Shown: positions 37,701 through 54,933 of the stretch, piece by piece
How the letters are laid out: each line of letters opens with the position of its first letter
Numbering within the stretch: the stretch's first letter is position 1
Source: the human T2T-CHM13v2.0 reference genome, Homo sapiens
Assembly (NCBI RefSeq): GCF_009914755.1
Contig: NC_060927.1
Direction: 5' to 3' (one strand)
DNA: 64,000 nt
The notes under the pieces: model-generated
Databases searched by the model: none
What the model saw: only the letters and a program-made list of their open reading frames with translations
Told to the model about the DNA's origin: nothing
Translations under genes and position numbers: made by a program

Positions 37701-38170
37701 GAGTGGCCGGTTGTGCAATGGGATGGTTAAGAGGAGAGGAAAGAGATAAGGGGTGGATCAACAGTCCATACTGAATGGTAAATTTCAGATACCTGTGAGC
37801 CATCCAAGAAGTAATTTCAAGCAAGTTGTCAGACAGAATGGTCAGATTGAAGATCTTGACTATATTTAGAAATGTTAGAATTATCAATATAAGACTAGCA
37901 ATTAAATCTACAGGAATAGTAGATAAAAGGGTAGATATATTTTTATCATTTCTTAAAAAGAATCTGACTCTGGTGTGTGGATTTGGGTAAAAGATACCAA
38001 GAAGGAGCAGTTAGTAAGGTAGAAAAAAAGCAGAGGGAAGCAGCATCATATGAGCCTAGAGATAAAGTGCTTCAAAAGTTGTCAAGTGCACTTTGGTTTT
38101 GGTAAAACAGTCTTCATGGCATCATTGGTGGAGGCAACCTCAGTGGAGTGGTGGGGTAGAAGCCAAATTA
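34745..38170. mobile_element. L2 fragments on both strands with an L1M fragment at ~35270-36030 (approximate bounds)
   Basis: L2 motifs 'ggctttaaataccatttacatgctgacagattcc', 'aagctcttcaaaggcagggatctttg' and 3' end 'ttgaatgaataaa'. Confidence 0.6.
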
Positions 38171-40371
38171 TGTTCCAGTATATCACTATGCTTCCTTGGA
38201 ATTTTATTAATCCCATACCTCAGCAGGGAGTAAAATTCTCATAAGCTTTCAATCAAATCAGGCCAATCCAACTACTCACTTATCCACTCGAGTAACAGAC
38301 TATAAGGAGTGGTAGACAAAGCAAGTAATATGGATCCAAGTTGCCTTTTGAATCTATAGGGCAGGGTAGGTATGTTGGGCTAGTAGTAGCACCAAGTAGT
38401 ACCACCTTGGCATCATCAAATCTAAGGAGTGGAGAGGATATTGAAGGAATGTCCAGGGAGAGAAAATGCACAACATGCACATCTAGTCTAATCAATCATA
38501 GCATTTCTTCCTCGTAAGCTTGGATAGTGTCAGAGGCCCGCAGTGCTCCAGGCAGTCCTTACAACTTGACCACACTTGGCACAGGAATTCAATGCATTTG
38601 CTTTCCCTGTCCCAAGTCCCATCCCAGTATCACTGCCTTGTCTAATTTCCTCTACTCCACCTCTACAAGACCAGAACAGTCTACTAGCTTCTGCTTCAAT
38701 AAGAATAGGGAACGTCTGTGTTCTTCCTTAGGTTGAGCCAAATGCTGAGCCTCACTATCTCCCACTCCTTAGAAGTTATTAGAACCTTAAAAGTCACCAT
38801 CATCTTTTTTAGTCCTCACATGTCAACCTTTCAGATATTTGAAGACAACTATTATGTTTCCCTTAAATTTCTTTCCTCTCCAGTAGAAGTAACTTCAGCA
38901 TCTTTACCAAAGGTTCCTAATATTACATGGTTTCTATTTCATACCACCTCATTCACTTTTATCATCACTCCTATTTTCCTGAAAAACATATACACCTCTA
39001 CTATCACCTCCACCACCATGCTTTACATGCCCAGAGCAAACTAGAAAACTAGAAGGCTGGCTCCAAATAACAAACAGAGTAAAGCATCTATTTCTAACTT
39101 ACATTTAGTCCCAGCTACCAGATGCTAGAAGTTTTCCCCCAAGGAGAGTGAGGGAGTGTGAACAAGTTTAAAGGGCTCTATGGAGATAAAGGGAGATCAT
39201 GCAAAGCAGGCGTTCGTTCCAGTTGTTGCAACCTCAGCAGTCTAACTACTGAGCAGAACAGATGATTCATTCCCAGGACATTTTTCCCTTGGGCCATGTG
39301 GATTTATGGATTGAAATATCTAGCAGAATAAAAATAGGTTCTGAATAAAATTACAGCATATTGAAGATGAAAATAAATTTGGCTCTAACAGCCTAATAAA
39401 ACATACTAAGTTATCTTTTAGCCGATTTTTACATAAAGGAAACACTATTATCAACCCCTCTTAAGAATTTCAGAGGAAAAATTTTTACCTGATTTTTCAG
39501 GTCTCTTATGAGTTACTGTATCAGAGCCATATGGGGAATTAATAAAAATAAAACATTATATTTTATTTCCAAATAGATTTTAAACTCCTTAAGGGCAAGG
39601 GCATGTTTTTTTCATATATTTTATCCAGTGATTAGAAAATAAAAAAATAGGTAAATTATGTGCTTATTTTCATAAAAATAATGAATAAGTGAAAACATGA
39701 CATAAGCATAGGAAATAATCTTAAACTTTTGGTTAGTCTTCATTGTCTTTATTGCTGGCTCTGCAGAAAAAACCAACAATTTCAAACTGTCCTTTGGAAA
39801 TGTATCTCTTGTTTATGCCACTAATATAAGCAACTTGTACACATCATATGGAAAAGCACTGAGGCCTTCCATTTGCACAAAAGACCTTATTTCTTTATCT
39901 ACTCGTCTTTCTTCTCTTTTCTATCTTTGTTAGTAGCTTTTTATGTTCATCAGCAGTTTCTCTTATATAACATTGTATTACTCAGAAACATCAGCTGTAG
40001 CCCTCTCTCTGTAGGATTTCATGAGTGTTTTAAGTTGGTTTAGGTTGAGAGAGTCCCAGCCTTACTTTTCTTTTTTTCTCTTTCTTTATTCAGTGCTTAA
40101 CCCCATTGTTCCCATTTCCATTAAGCCTCATCACTTCCAGTAGTAAGAAAGGATGGCCTCACCCTGCCTTAAATCCCAACCTCATGAGGTACAGGTCCGC
40201 TGGCCATATCTAAAGCTTTAAGTTCATAAAGCTTTTTGCATAAGAAGTTGTCAATAGAACCTTGGCAATGGTTGAATAATTTGAAAAATTAAATTAAAAT
40301 ACTTCCTAAGGGTGAGTTTAGTCAATCTTGGCTTTAATCTTTGAGAGAAATGCTTATCAAAATGAAAAATC

Positions 40372-41407
40372 GTGGGGAGGCAACCAAGATGGCCGAATAG
40401 GAACAGCTCTGGTCTACAGCTCCCAGAGTGAGCGACGAAGAAGACGGGTGATTTCTGCATTTCCATCTGAGGTACTGGGTTCATCTCACTAGGGAGTGCC
40501 AGACAGTGGACGCAGGACAGCGGGTGCAGGGCACCGTGCGCAAGCTGAAGCAGGGCGAGGCATTGCCTCACTCGGGAAGCGCAAGGGGTCAGGGAGTTCC
40601 CTTTCCAAGTCAAAGAAAGGGGTGACAGACGGCACCTGGAAAATCAGGTCACTCCCACCCAAATACTGCGCTTTTCCGACGGGCTTAAAAAACGGCACAC
40701 CAGGAGATTATATCCCGCACATGGCTCGGAGGGTCCTACGCCCACGGAGTCTCGCTGATTGCTAGCACAGCAGTCTGAGATCAAACTGGAAGGCAGCAGT
40801 GAGGCTGGGGGAGGGGCACCCACCATTGCCCAGGCTTGCTTAGGTAAACAAAGCAGCCAGGAAGCTCGAACTGGGTGGAGCCCACCACAGCTCAAGGAGG
40901 CCTGCCTGTCTCTGTAGGCTCCACCTCTGGGGGCAGGGCACAGACAAACAAAAAGACAGCAGTAACCTCTGCAGATTTAAATGTCCCTGTCTGACAGCTT
41001 TGAAGAGAGCAGTGGTTCTCCCAGCACGCAGCTGGAGATCTGAGAACGGGCAGACTGCCTCCTCAAGTGGGTCCCTGACGCCTGACCCCTGAGCAGCCTA
41101 ACTGGGAGGCACCCCCCAGTAGGGGCAGACTGACACCTCACACGGCCCAGTACTCTTCTGAGACAAAACTTCCAAAGGAACGATCAGACAGCAGCATTCG
41201 CGGTTCACGAAAATCCACTGTTCTGCAGCCACTGATGCTGATACCCAGGCAAAGAGGGTCTGGAGTGGACCTCTAGCAAACTCCAACAGACCTGCAGCTG
41301 AGGGTCCTGTCTGTTAGAAGGAAAACTAACAAACAAAGGACATCCACACCAAAAACTCATCTGTACATCACCATCATCAAAGACCAAAAGTAGATAAAAC
41401 CACAAAG
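40372..41407 (+). promoter_or_regulatory. L1 5'UTR (sense and antisense promoter), 1036 bp, with YY1 site and the ~129-bp ZNF93-binding segment retained
   Basis: YY1 motif caagatggcc at 40385-40394; extra segment ~41152-41280 between 'cacggcccagtactc' and 'ccaacagacctgcagc' that L1PA2/L1HS lack. Confidence 0.85.
40644..40826 (-). pseudogene. L1 ORF0, truncated to 60 aa
   Basis: MVGAPPPASLLPSSLISDCCASNQRDSVGVGPSEP...IWVGVT* matches primate ORF0 (71 aa in L1HS) with a premature stop. Confidence 0.8.
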
Positions 41408-42424
41408 ATGGGGAAAAAACAGAACAGAAAAACTGGAAACTCTAAAAAGCAGAGCGCCTCTCCTCCTCCAAAGGAATGCAGTTCCTCAACAGCAATGGAA
41501 CAAAGCTGGACGGAGAATGACTTTGACGAGTTGAGAGAAGAAGCCTTCAGACGATCAAACTACTCCAAGCTAGAGGAGGAAATTCAAACCAAAGGCAAAG
41601 AAGTTAAAAACTTTGAAAAAAATTTAGAAGAATGTATAACTAGAATAACCAATACAGAGAAGTGCTTAAAGGAGCTGATGGAGCTGAAAGCCAAGGCTCG
41701 AGAACTACGTGAAGAATGCAGAAGCCTCAGGAGCCAATGCGATCAACTGGAAGAAAGGGTATCAGTGATGGAAGATGAAATCAATGAAATGAAGCGAGAA
41801 GGGAAGTTTAGAGAAAAAAGAATAAAAAGAAACGAACAAAGCCTCCAAGAAATATGGGACTATGTGAAAAGAACAAATCTACGTCTGATTGGTGTACCTG
41901 AAAGTGACGGGGAGAATGGAACCAAGTTGGAAAACACTCTGCAGGATATTATCCAGAAGAACTTCCCCAATCTAGCAAGGCAGGCCAACATTCAGATTCA
42001 GGAAATACAGAGAACACCACAAAAATACTCCTCGAGAAGAGCAACTCAAAGACACATAATTGTCAGATTCACCAAAGTAGAAACGAAGGAAAAAATGTTA
42101 AGGGCAGCCAGAGAGAAAGGTCGGGTTACCCACAAAGGGAAGCCCATCAGACTAACAGCTGATCTCTCAGCAGAAACTCTACAAGCCAGAAGAGAGTGGG
42201 GGACAATATTCAACATTCTTAAAGAAAAGAATTTTCAACCTAGAATTTCATATCCAGCCAAACTAAGCTTCATAAGTGAAGGAGAAATAAAATCCTTTAC
42301 GGACAAGCAAATGTTGAGAGATTGTGTCACCACCAGGCCTGCCCTAAAAGAGCTCCTGAAGGAAGCACTAAACATGGAAAGGAACAACCGGTACCAGCCG
42401 CTGCAAAATCATGCCAAATTGTAA
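41408..42424 (+). CDS. LINE-1 ORF1p, intact 338 aa
   Basis: MGKKQNRKTGNSK...coiled coil...RAAREKG...ARREW...YPAKLS...NHAKL. Confidence 0.97.
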   Translation: MGKKQNRKTGNSKKQSASPPPKECSSSTAMEQSWTENDFDELREEAFRRSNYSKLEEEIQTKGKEVKNFEKNLEECITRITNTEKCLKELMELKAKARELREECRSLRSQCDQLEERVSVMEDEINEMKREGKFREKRIKRNEQSLQEIWDYVKRTNLRLIGVPESDGENGTKLENTLQDIIQKNFPNLARQANIQIQEIQRTPQKYSSRRATQRHIIVRFTKVETKEKMLRAAREKGRVTHKGKPIRLTADLSAETLQARREWGTIFNILKEKNFQPRISYPAKLSFISEGEIKSFTDKQMLRDCVTTRPALKELLKEALNMERNNRYQPLQNHAKL

Positions 42425-42487
42425 AGACCATCAAGGTTAGGAAGAAACTGCATCAACTAACGAGCAAAATAACCAGCTAACATCATA

Positions 42488-45215
<2,728 letters not shown>

Positions 45216-45899
45216 CAATTAGAACACATGGTCACAGGAAGGGGAACATCACACTGTGGGGACTGTTGTGGGGTGGGGGGAGGGGGGTGGGATAGCATTA
45301 GGAGATATACCTAATGCTAAATGACGAGTTAATGGGTGCAGCACACCAGCATGGCACATGTATACATATGTAACTAACCTGCACATTGTGCACATGTACC
45401 CTAAAACTTAAAGTATAATAATAATAAAATAAAAAATAAATAAATAAATAAATTTAAAAACAAAATGAAAAATCCTTGGGACAAAGGTATTTTCAAGTTA
45501 TGGGCAAGAAACTAGAAAAGGAATTGTTATCCTCTTAAAGACACAGGGATACAGAGCGAAGGACGGATGATCTCACTTTGTGAGTAAATATCGTTTGAAT
45601 TTACTTACATAAATTGCTACATCCCCTCACCTTTGGCCAGAAGATTCTCCGTGTAAAAGCGTTCATGTTCTTTCATGTTGCAAACACAAAATATTTTGTC
45701 AGTTGGATTTCTCTTCAATTTTATGACACTCACTCCAGTTATGTATTTTCATGATTATAACACTACATATGCGTACATGTGAGCGAGTATGCATAAATCC
45801 ATTTGCATCGACACTTGTGAGATGTGAACTTCTCTTGATATTTTATTAACCAAAAGGAATTATGTCACTTCCTTAAAAGTAAGCCAAAGAGATTCTTAA

Positions 45900-45995
45900 C
45901 ATTTTAATGCTGCAAAGTTCCCAGAGATCATATAGTTCCACATCATCATTTTACAGATGAAGTAACTGAAGCCCAGAGGTTAAATGACTAGGCAA
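45900..45995 (-). mobile_element. MIR fragment
   Basis: 'cattttacagatgaagtaactgaagcccagaggttaaatgact'. Confidence 0.7.
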
Positions 45996-46863
45996 ATATT
46001 ATAGAGAGCAATATAAATGGCTTTGCAAACCTCAAAGTAGCTCATTCATTGGCCTGCAATGACCCTGGTGTTCTCCCAACTGGTCTTAAATTCCCATTAG
46101 TCTCACAATGTCTCACACTTAAAGAGTTTTTATCAATTAATCAATAGAGATTAGGTAAGTAGAATCGTTGTTCTTTTATGGACATTGTTAAAATTGGGAC
46201 TGGAGTGAAGAAAAATAATAAATTAAGCACAATTTGTCCTTGATATTCCTTTCCACCTGTTTCTCATCTTCTTGCTTTTTTCTTTTGCTACCTTAGAGGT
46301 CTCTTTATTTTCTGAAGTCTTCTCCTAGCACCACTCCTACTGGAGTTTTTAATTTCCTGCAGTGACCCGGATCTTTCTACACTGATTGACTAACCAAACT
46401 TAAAATCATGTCCTATTCATCTACACAACCAAGTCCTACTATGGTGAACTATGATCTACAGGCCACTACCATTTTCCCCAGTCCTTCAAAATACTGACTT
46501 ACCTATAATGTCTTGGCATTTCAAATATTAAGGCATGAGTAGGACGAGATATAATGTTCCCCACATCTCATAGCTTTAAATATTGATCCTTTGAATGGAG
46601 TAATTCTAGAGCAGCAATGACTCCTAGGTAGGTGTGCTCTTTCTCCAAACTCAGCCCCTGCTGTGTATCATTATAATTCTTACAGTTATTTTCTTTGTTT
46701 TACAACTGCCCCTAGCTGTCTTCCACCAGACGCTATCAATATATCAGTATCTTTTTCTTCTTGACATTTTCCTGTGTCAATGGCAAGGTTTCAATTAAAG
46801 AGCATTTGTTCTTACAAATTCTTCTCTGACTAACCTAACAGTCTCTATTTTACAATACTAATA

Positions 46864-47175
46864 CAGCTGTCCCTGCTTATTCACAGTTCACTCTCCAGTT
46901 TCAATTTCCCCAGTCCAAAAATATTAAGAGATTCTGAGAGACAGAGAATGAGAAAGAAAGCACACATTCACATAATTTTTATTACAGTATAACTGTAATA
47001 ATTGTTTTATTATTATTGTTGATCTCCTATTGTGTTTAATTTATAAACTACATTTTATCATAGATATGTGCATATAAGAAAAAACATAGTATGTATAGGA
47101 TTTGGTACTATATGTGTTTCAGGCATCCACTGGAGGTCTTAGAACATGCCCATAATGGATAAGAGAGGACTACTG
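46864..47175. mobile_element. MER44A-like (Tigger-derived) non-autonomous DNA transposon
   Basis: Terminal inverted repeats cagctgtccctgcttattc / ggataagagaggactactg, flanked by TA at 46862-63 and 47176-77. Confidence 0.85.
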
Positions 47176-47286
47176 TATGTCATTTATCCTTCCTCACCTT
47201 ATGCTTTGTTTTTTAAGGTCAGCTGAAGTCTCTTGACCTTAATAATTAGACACTTTATTTTCACCTTACAATAGTTATAAGAATAA

Positions 47287-47582
47287 GCCAGGCATGGTGG
47301 CTCACGCCTATAATCCCAGTACTTTGGGAAGCCATGGCGGGCAGATCATTTGAGGCCCGGATTTTTGGACCAGCCTGACCAATATAGCAAAACCCCATCT
47401 CTTTTAAAAATACAAAAAATCAGCTGAGTGTGGTGATGCATGCCTGTAATCCCAGCTCCTTGAGAGGCTAAGGCATGAGAATCACTTAAACCCGGAGGCA
47501 GATGTTGCAGCAGGCCAAGATCATGCCACTGCCCTCCAGCCTGGGCAACAGAACAAGACTGTCTCAAAAAAAGAAAAACAAA
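47287..47582 (+). mobile_element. Old Alu (J/S)
   Basis: Diverged full dimer; residual flanking repeat taagaataa. Confidence 0.93.
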
Positions 47583-47639
47583 AGCTGTAAGAATAATTAT
47601 AATAAACATTTCCTGAATAATCCCTATATATCAGATAGT

Positions 47640-47965
47640 TCACTAGACTAACAGTGTACATGCCTTGTCTCATGTAATTATTTCAACAATACTTTGATCT
47701 ATACACTATTTCTTGATTTATTGACATGGAAACTGCTGGGTGTGATCTTGGGCAAATTATTTGCCTTTCTCAGTCTCTCTAAAATGAGCATGATAATAAT
47801 ACCTATCTCACTGAAGAGTCAATGAAATAATTCACATATTTATCACAGTGCCTAAATTACAGTAAGTGCTCTATAAATGTTAGCATTTATTGAATAACTT
47901 ATCCCGTTCATACAGCTAGTAAGTGCTAGAACCAGGGATCAAAGCTAGGCAGTCAGCTTCCAGAG
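47640..47965. mobile_element. Nested MIR fragments
   Basis: 'tgtgatcttgggcaaattattt...aaaatgagcatgataataatacct' and 'acagctagtaagtgctagaaccagg'. Confidence 0.65.
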
Positions 47966-50197
47966 ACACACTCTGCTAACTCCAAAATGGTACCAATAAA
48001 GCACTTATAAATGATGGTTGGTATCGAACATGATTAGCCTAGATTCTGAAGCATGAAAACAGGTATCTATTTACAGTCTGCTTTTCCAAAATGAACTTAA
48101 GTTTGATCCCTTAAAGCTTATTTTTAATTTTGCCATCTCCTGTAACAAATGTAAAACTCTGCAGCAGTGTTTACATTTATGGAACACATTTATTATAAGT
48201 ACTGACATAAACATATTGTCAAAGGCAAACCTAAGTTCAAGACAAAATTAAGAAAGGGTGTTTGTTCATAAAATTGGAGCAAAGAAACTTATCTTTTGTT
48301 TCAGCAGGGGTTCAGAAGTTTTAGAAAGGAGACTAAGTTTGATAGAGGAAATACTGAAACAATCCGATTGTCAAGTGTTCTATTAAGATGGGATTTTTAG
48401 AAGTAGCAAAAACTTTCTAATTGGTCTTCAGATAATTTGGCAGTTCTTGGTTGACTGTAGAAAGGCAAGCAGCAGTTTGGGGATGTTTCAAAATGAGGAT
48501 GTGGAGTGTTTGATGTGTGGAGCTGAGGACTTTCTAGGCTGGCCATTTTTTGAAACAACTGGGTTTGATGGTGGCTATTATGGTAGATCATTTCTCAACA
48601 TTCCCAAGTGATGTCCATCAGAACCCTATAAGGAAGGCAGGGCAGCCATTATCACTCCTTCCATTGCCAGTGAACAAATTGTAGCTGATGAATTAAAGTT
48701 TCCTAAGGCCACATAGCTATAATATTAAAGTGAAGAACCTGGACTACAATCTAGGTTTTCACATTCCCTGTTCCTTGCATCATGTCACACTGATGTCATA
48801 CCTTTTTTGCCAACTTAGACATTTTTGATTAAAAGAAAACTAGTAATCCCTTATTTAATATGGAATCAAAAGGTATTCTCACCATATACTAAAGAAATGG
48901 TTTGGAGATCACTTTTAACTCCACTGACCATTAGAAGAAAGTTTAAGAATATAAAAGCTGCATGCAATGTTATTTAAAGAGTTTTTCCTGTTGACCTCTG
49001 GAAGAAAGATTTGCTAATCTGAATGATCTTTTGCCTCTCCTAAATATCTCTTACAACCATGTACACAGTGTGAAAGCACTATCTATTTTATATATAAATG
49101 TACTATGTATAAGATGTATTTTTCTTATCTTTAACCTTTTCTAAGGCTTACTCTGCACTTCTTATTTTTCTCATTGACAACTAAAGCTATTGAGCAAGAA
49201 GAAATCTTTCTTGTAACTGGTAAAGTGGTCAGTTAAACACAGAGGGACTTTTTCCTCCTACACAAAATTTCTTCTCCATTTTTGCAAAGGCTAGCCTTAA
49301 GCAATGTCTTCCTGCTCAAAAATAGCATGACATAGTGGAGAGCCCTGAGTGGATTGAGGTCATTTAGGTGCCTGAGCAACAGAGAAAGTACAGGCAACTT
49401 GCATAACCAGTTTTTGTGAATACCTTAAAAATACATCTGCAGAGTTCACATCCTAAAACTTTTTGTGTCCATTAGCTTTAGTAACTGAAGAAGAAAATGC
49501 AGTCCTTGCATCACCACAATCTCTCTTACTTCATCCTCTTTCTCTCCCTTGCCTCTAGCCTCATCAGTGTGAAGATTATTGATGCCAGCAAGTGAATTAA
49601 AGGAATTAAAGTCAGAATTCCCCCCAAAACTATATCTATTTCATTACAGAAAGTAGTGGTAATTACTATAATCCATCTTTGGTAATGCAAATACACTTTC
49701 TGAAAATTGCGAAGAAAATGAAGATTAAGATTTATATCAAAAATCTACAGAAAAGGCTAGTATAATTTCAAAGTGTTTTAACTCAATTGCTTATTTTTTA
49801 GAAAGGAATATGTTTTATGGTTTGCTATTAGCACACATCAAAGAAAAATAAAAAGGGAATTTCAAAGTAGTAAGACTATAAAGGCAAACTAAAGCTTTTC
49901 TATGATTAGTGTGAATAGTCTGGGGAAGGGAGGAAAAAAAGACCAATAAGCTTCTCATTCCTGAGGCAGTGCTTCATTGGCTACTGAGAGAAACAAGCCA
50001 AGCACTGAGATGAAGGTATTCCAAAGAGGGAACATGGTAGCTAGGAAGTGCCTTGATTTCAAGCTAAGATTTTTATTGATTCATGGGAGCAGTGAAGGGT
50101 TAGTGATAATGGTAATGAATTACGCCATAAACATTCATCCATCTCTATATTCTTTTTTCTAAATTATCATTAGACTTAAAATCACCTGATATAAGAC

Positions 50198-50498
<301 letters not shown>

Positions 50499-51049
50499 AA
50501 GACTTTTATTTTCTATAAAATGAAAATATACAGAAAAATGGTGATTAAGTCATGAAGGCACAAAAAGTACTATGACTTAGAAATCCTAGAAAATCGTTCT
50601 GGAACTTAAGCCTCTCTTTTTTGGAAGTATTGGCAGTAGCGGCTATTATCACCCAGTGGCAGCATATCTAGCTAGCCAAATAATCTTTTTGGAAAATGAT
50701 ATTAACTTCTCGAAGGTAACATCTAAAAGTAAAGGCAAAAAGTGATGTCTAATGTATTGCCAAGACATATGTTTTTTTTGCCTGGGTTGAATAATGATGT
50801 GGTTGTCTGAAGTCTCCCTTTGATTCCCCCCAAATTAGTTAAATCTGGCAGCATCATTTTATTAACCCAGTCCAAAGTTTCAAGCGTGTTTACTTGACTT
50901 AGGCCAGAACTACAAAGTTATCTGAAGGTCAATTTGCAGAACAGTTAATTGGATCATTAAACAACTATGTAATTTAATTATTATGAAAACTCAATTAACA
51001 GGGCTGTGAAATGATTTGATCATTTAATCTATTTTTGCAACTAAACAGA

Positions 51050-51320
51050 ATATATGTCTGTATATATGTATACATATACATGCATATATGTATACATGTA
51101 TACATATACATATACATGCATATATGTATACATATACGCATGTACATGCATACATGTATACATATACACATGTACATGCATACATGTATACATATATACA
51201 TGTACATGCGTATATGTATACATATATACATGTACATGCGTATATGTATACATATATGCATGTACATATATATACATATATATGGAGAGAGATAGAACAG
51301 ATATATATATATATGTATAT
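51050..51320. repeat. Alternating purine-pyrimidine repeat array with a ~30-bp higher-order period
   Basis: Unit ~tatatgtatacatatacacatgtacatgca repeated across 51121-51270. Confidence 0.95.
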
Positions 51321-51783
51321 GGAGAGAGATTTTTATTATGAAAATTGGATTATGGAGGCCAAGAAATCCTATGATCTGCCCTCTGCAAGCTGGAGACCCA
51401 GGAAAGCTGATGGTGTTAATTCAGTCTGACGCTGAAGTCATGAGACCCAATAGTGCCAAAGGCAAAATGTCATCTCATGTACCCCGTAAATATATATACC
51501 TAATATGTACCCACAAAAAAATTAAAAATTAAATTTTTTTTAAGCCAAAAGAAGATGGATGTTCCAGCTCAAACAGAGAACAAATCCTCTGCCTTCCCTC
51601 TGCCATTTTGTTCTATTTGGGCCCTCAATGGACTGGATGATGCCAGCCTATACTGGTGAAGGAGATCTTTACTCAGCCTACTGATTCAAATGCCAATCTT
51701 TTCCAGAAACACCCCTGAAATGGTGTTTTACCAGCGATCCAAGCATCCCTTAGCCCAGTCGACACATAAAATTAACCATCACA
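51320..51783. mobile_element. MLT2 (ERVL) LTR interrupted by a short L1 3' tip (~51469-51542)
   Basis: 'attatggaggccaagaaatcctatgatctgccctctgcaagctggagacccaggaaagc' to terminal 'gacacataaaattaaccatcaca'. Confidence 0.85.
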
Positions 51784-52496
51784 CTTACCTTAGAATGTTT
51801 TCCTTTATACTTACTTCAGTTCCTTCAACTGTCTCTTGTATGACAGGATCTATAAATCTACCTTTTTCCTGGATGATATGGTAGAATTGAACACAAAATT
51901 CCAGCTGTGGATTGATCAGCCTAATCAACTGTCTTAATTTGGATACTTCAGTTTTATTATTGTTATTTTAGATCCAGGAGGTACATGTGCAGGTTTATTA
52001 CTTTGATATATTGTGTAATGTTGAGGTTTGGGATTCCAGTGTACCCATCACCCAAATAGTGAACATTATACTCAATAGGTAATTTTTCAACCCTCATCCT
52101 CCCTACTGTCCCCTGCTTTTGGAGTCTCCAATGTCTATTATGTCCATCTTTATGACCCTTGTTTAGCTGCCACTTGTAAGCGAGAACTTGTGGTACATTA
52201 TTTTCTGCTTTGGAGTTATCTCAGTTAGGACAATGGCGTCTAGCTGCATCCATATTGCTGCAAAAGACATGATTTCATTCTTTTTTATGTCTGCATGGTA
52301 TTCCATGGTGTATATATGCCACATTTTCTTTTTCTGATCATCTATTAATGGATACTTAGGTTGATTCCATGACTTTGCTATTGGGAATAGTGCTGTGACA
52401 AACATGAGTGCAGGTATCATTTTATATAATGATTTCTTTTCCTTTGGGTAGATACCCAGTAGTGGGATTGCTTGGTTGAATGGTACTTCTATTTTT

Positions 52497-54933
<2,437 letters not shown>

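Noticed and set aside
45461-46300. L1 B as the source element of A or C
   Set aside because: The DNA 3' of B does not match either transduced segment, and B lacks ORF2 parts that A and C contain.
50995-51429. Five overlapping 78-113 aa ORFs rich in Y/I/M/H/C/T
   Set aside because: They are translations of a stop-free alternating purine-pyrimidine repeat.
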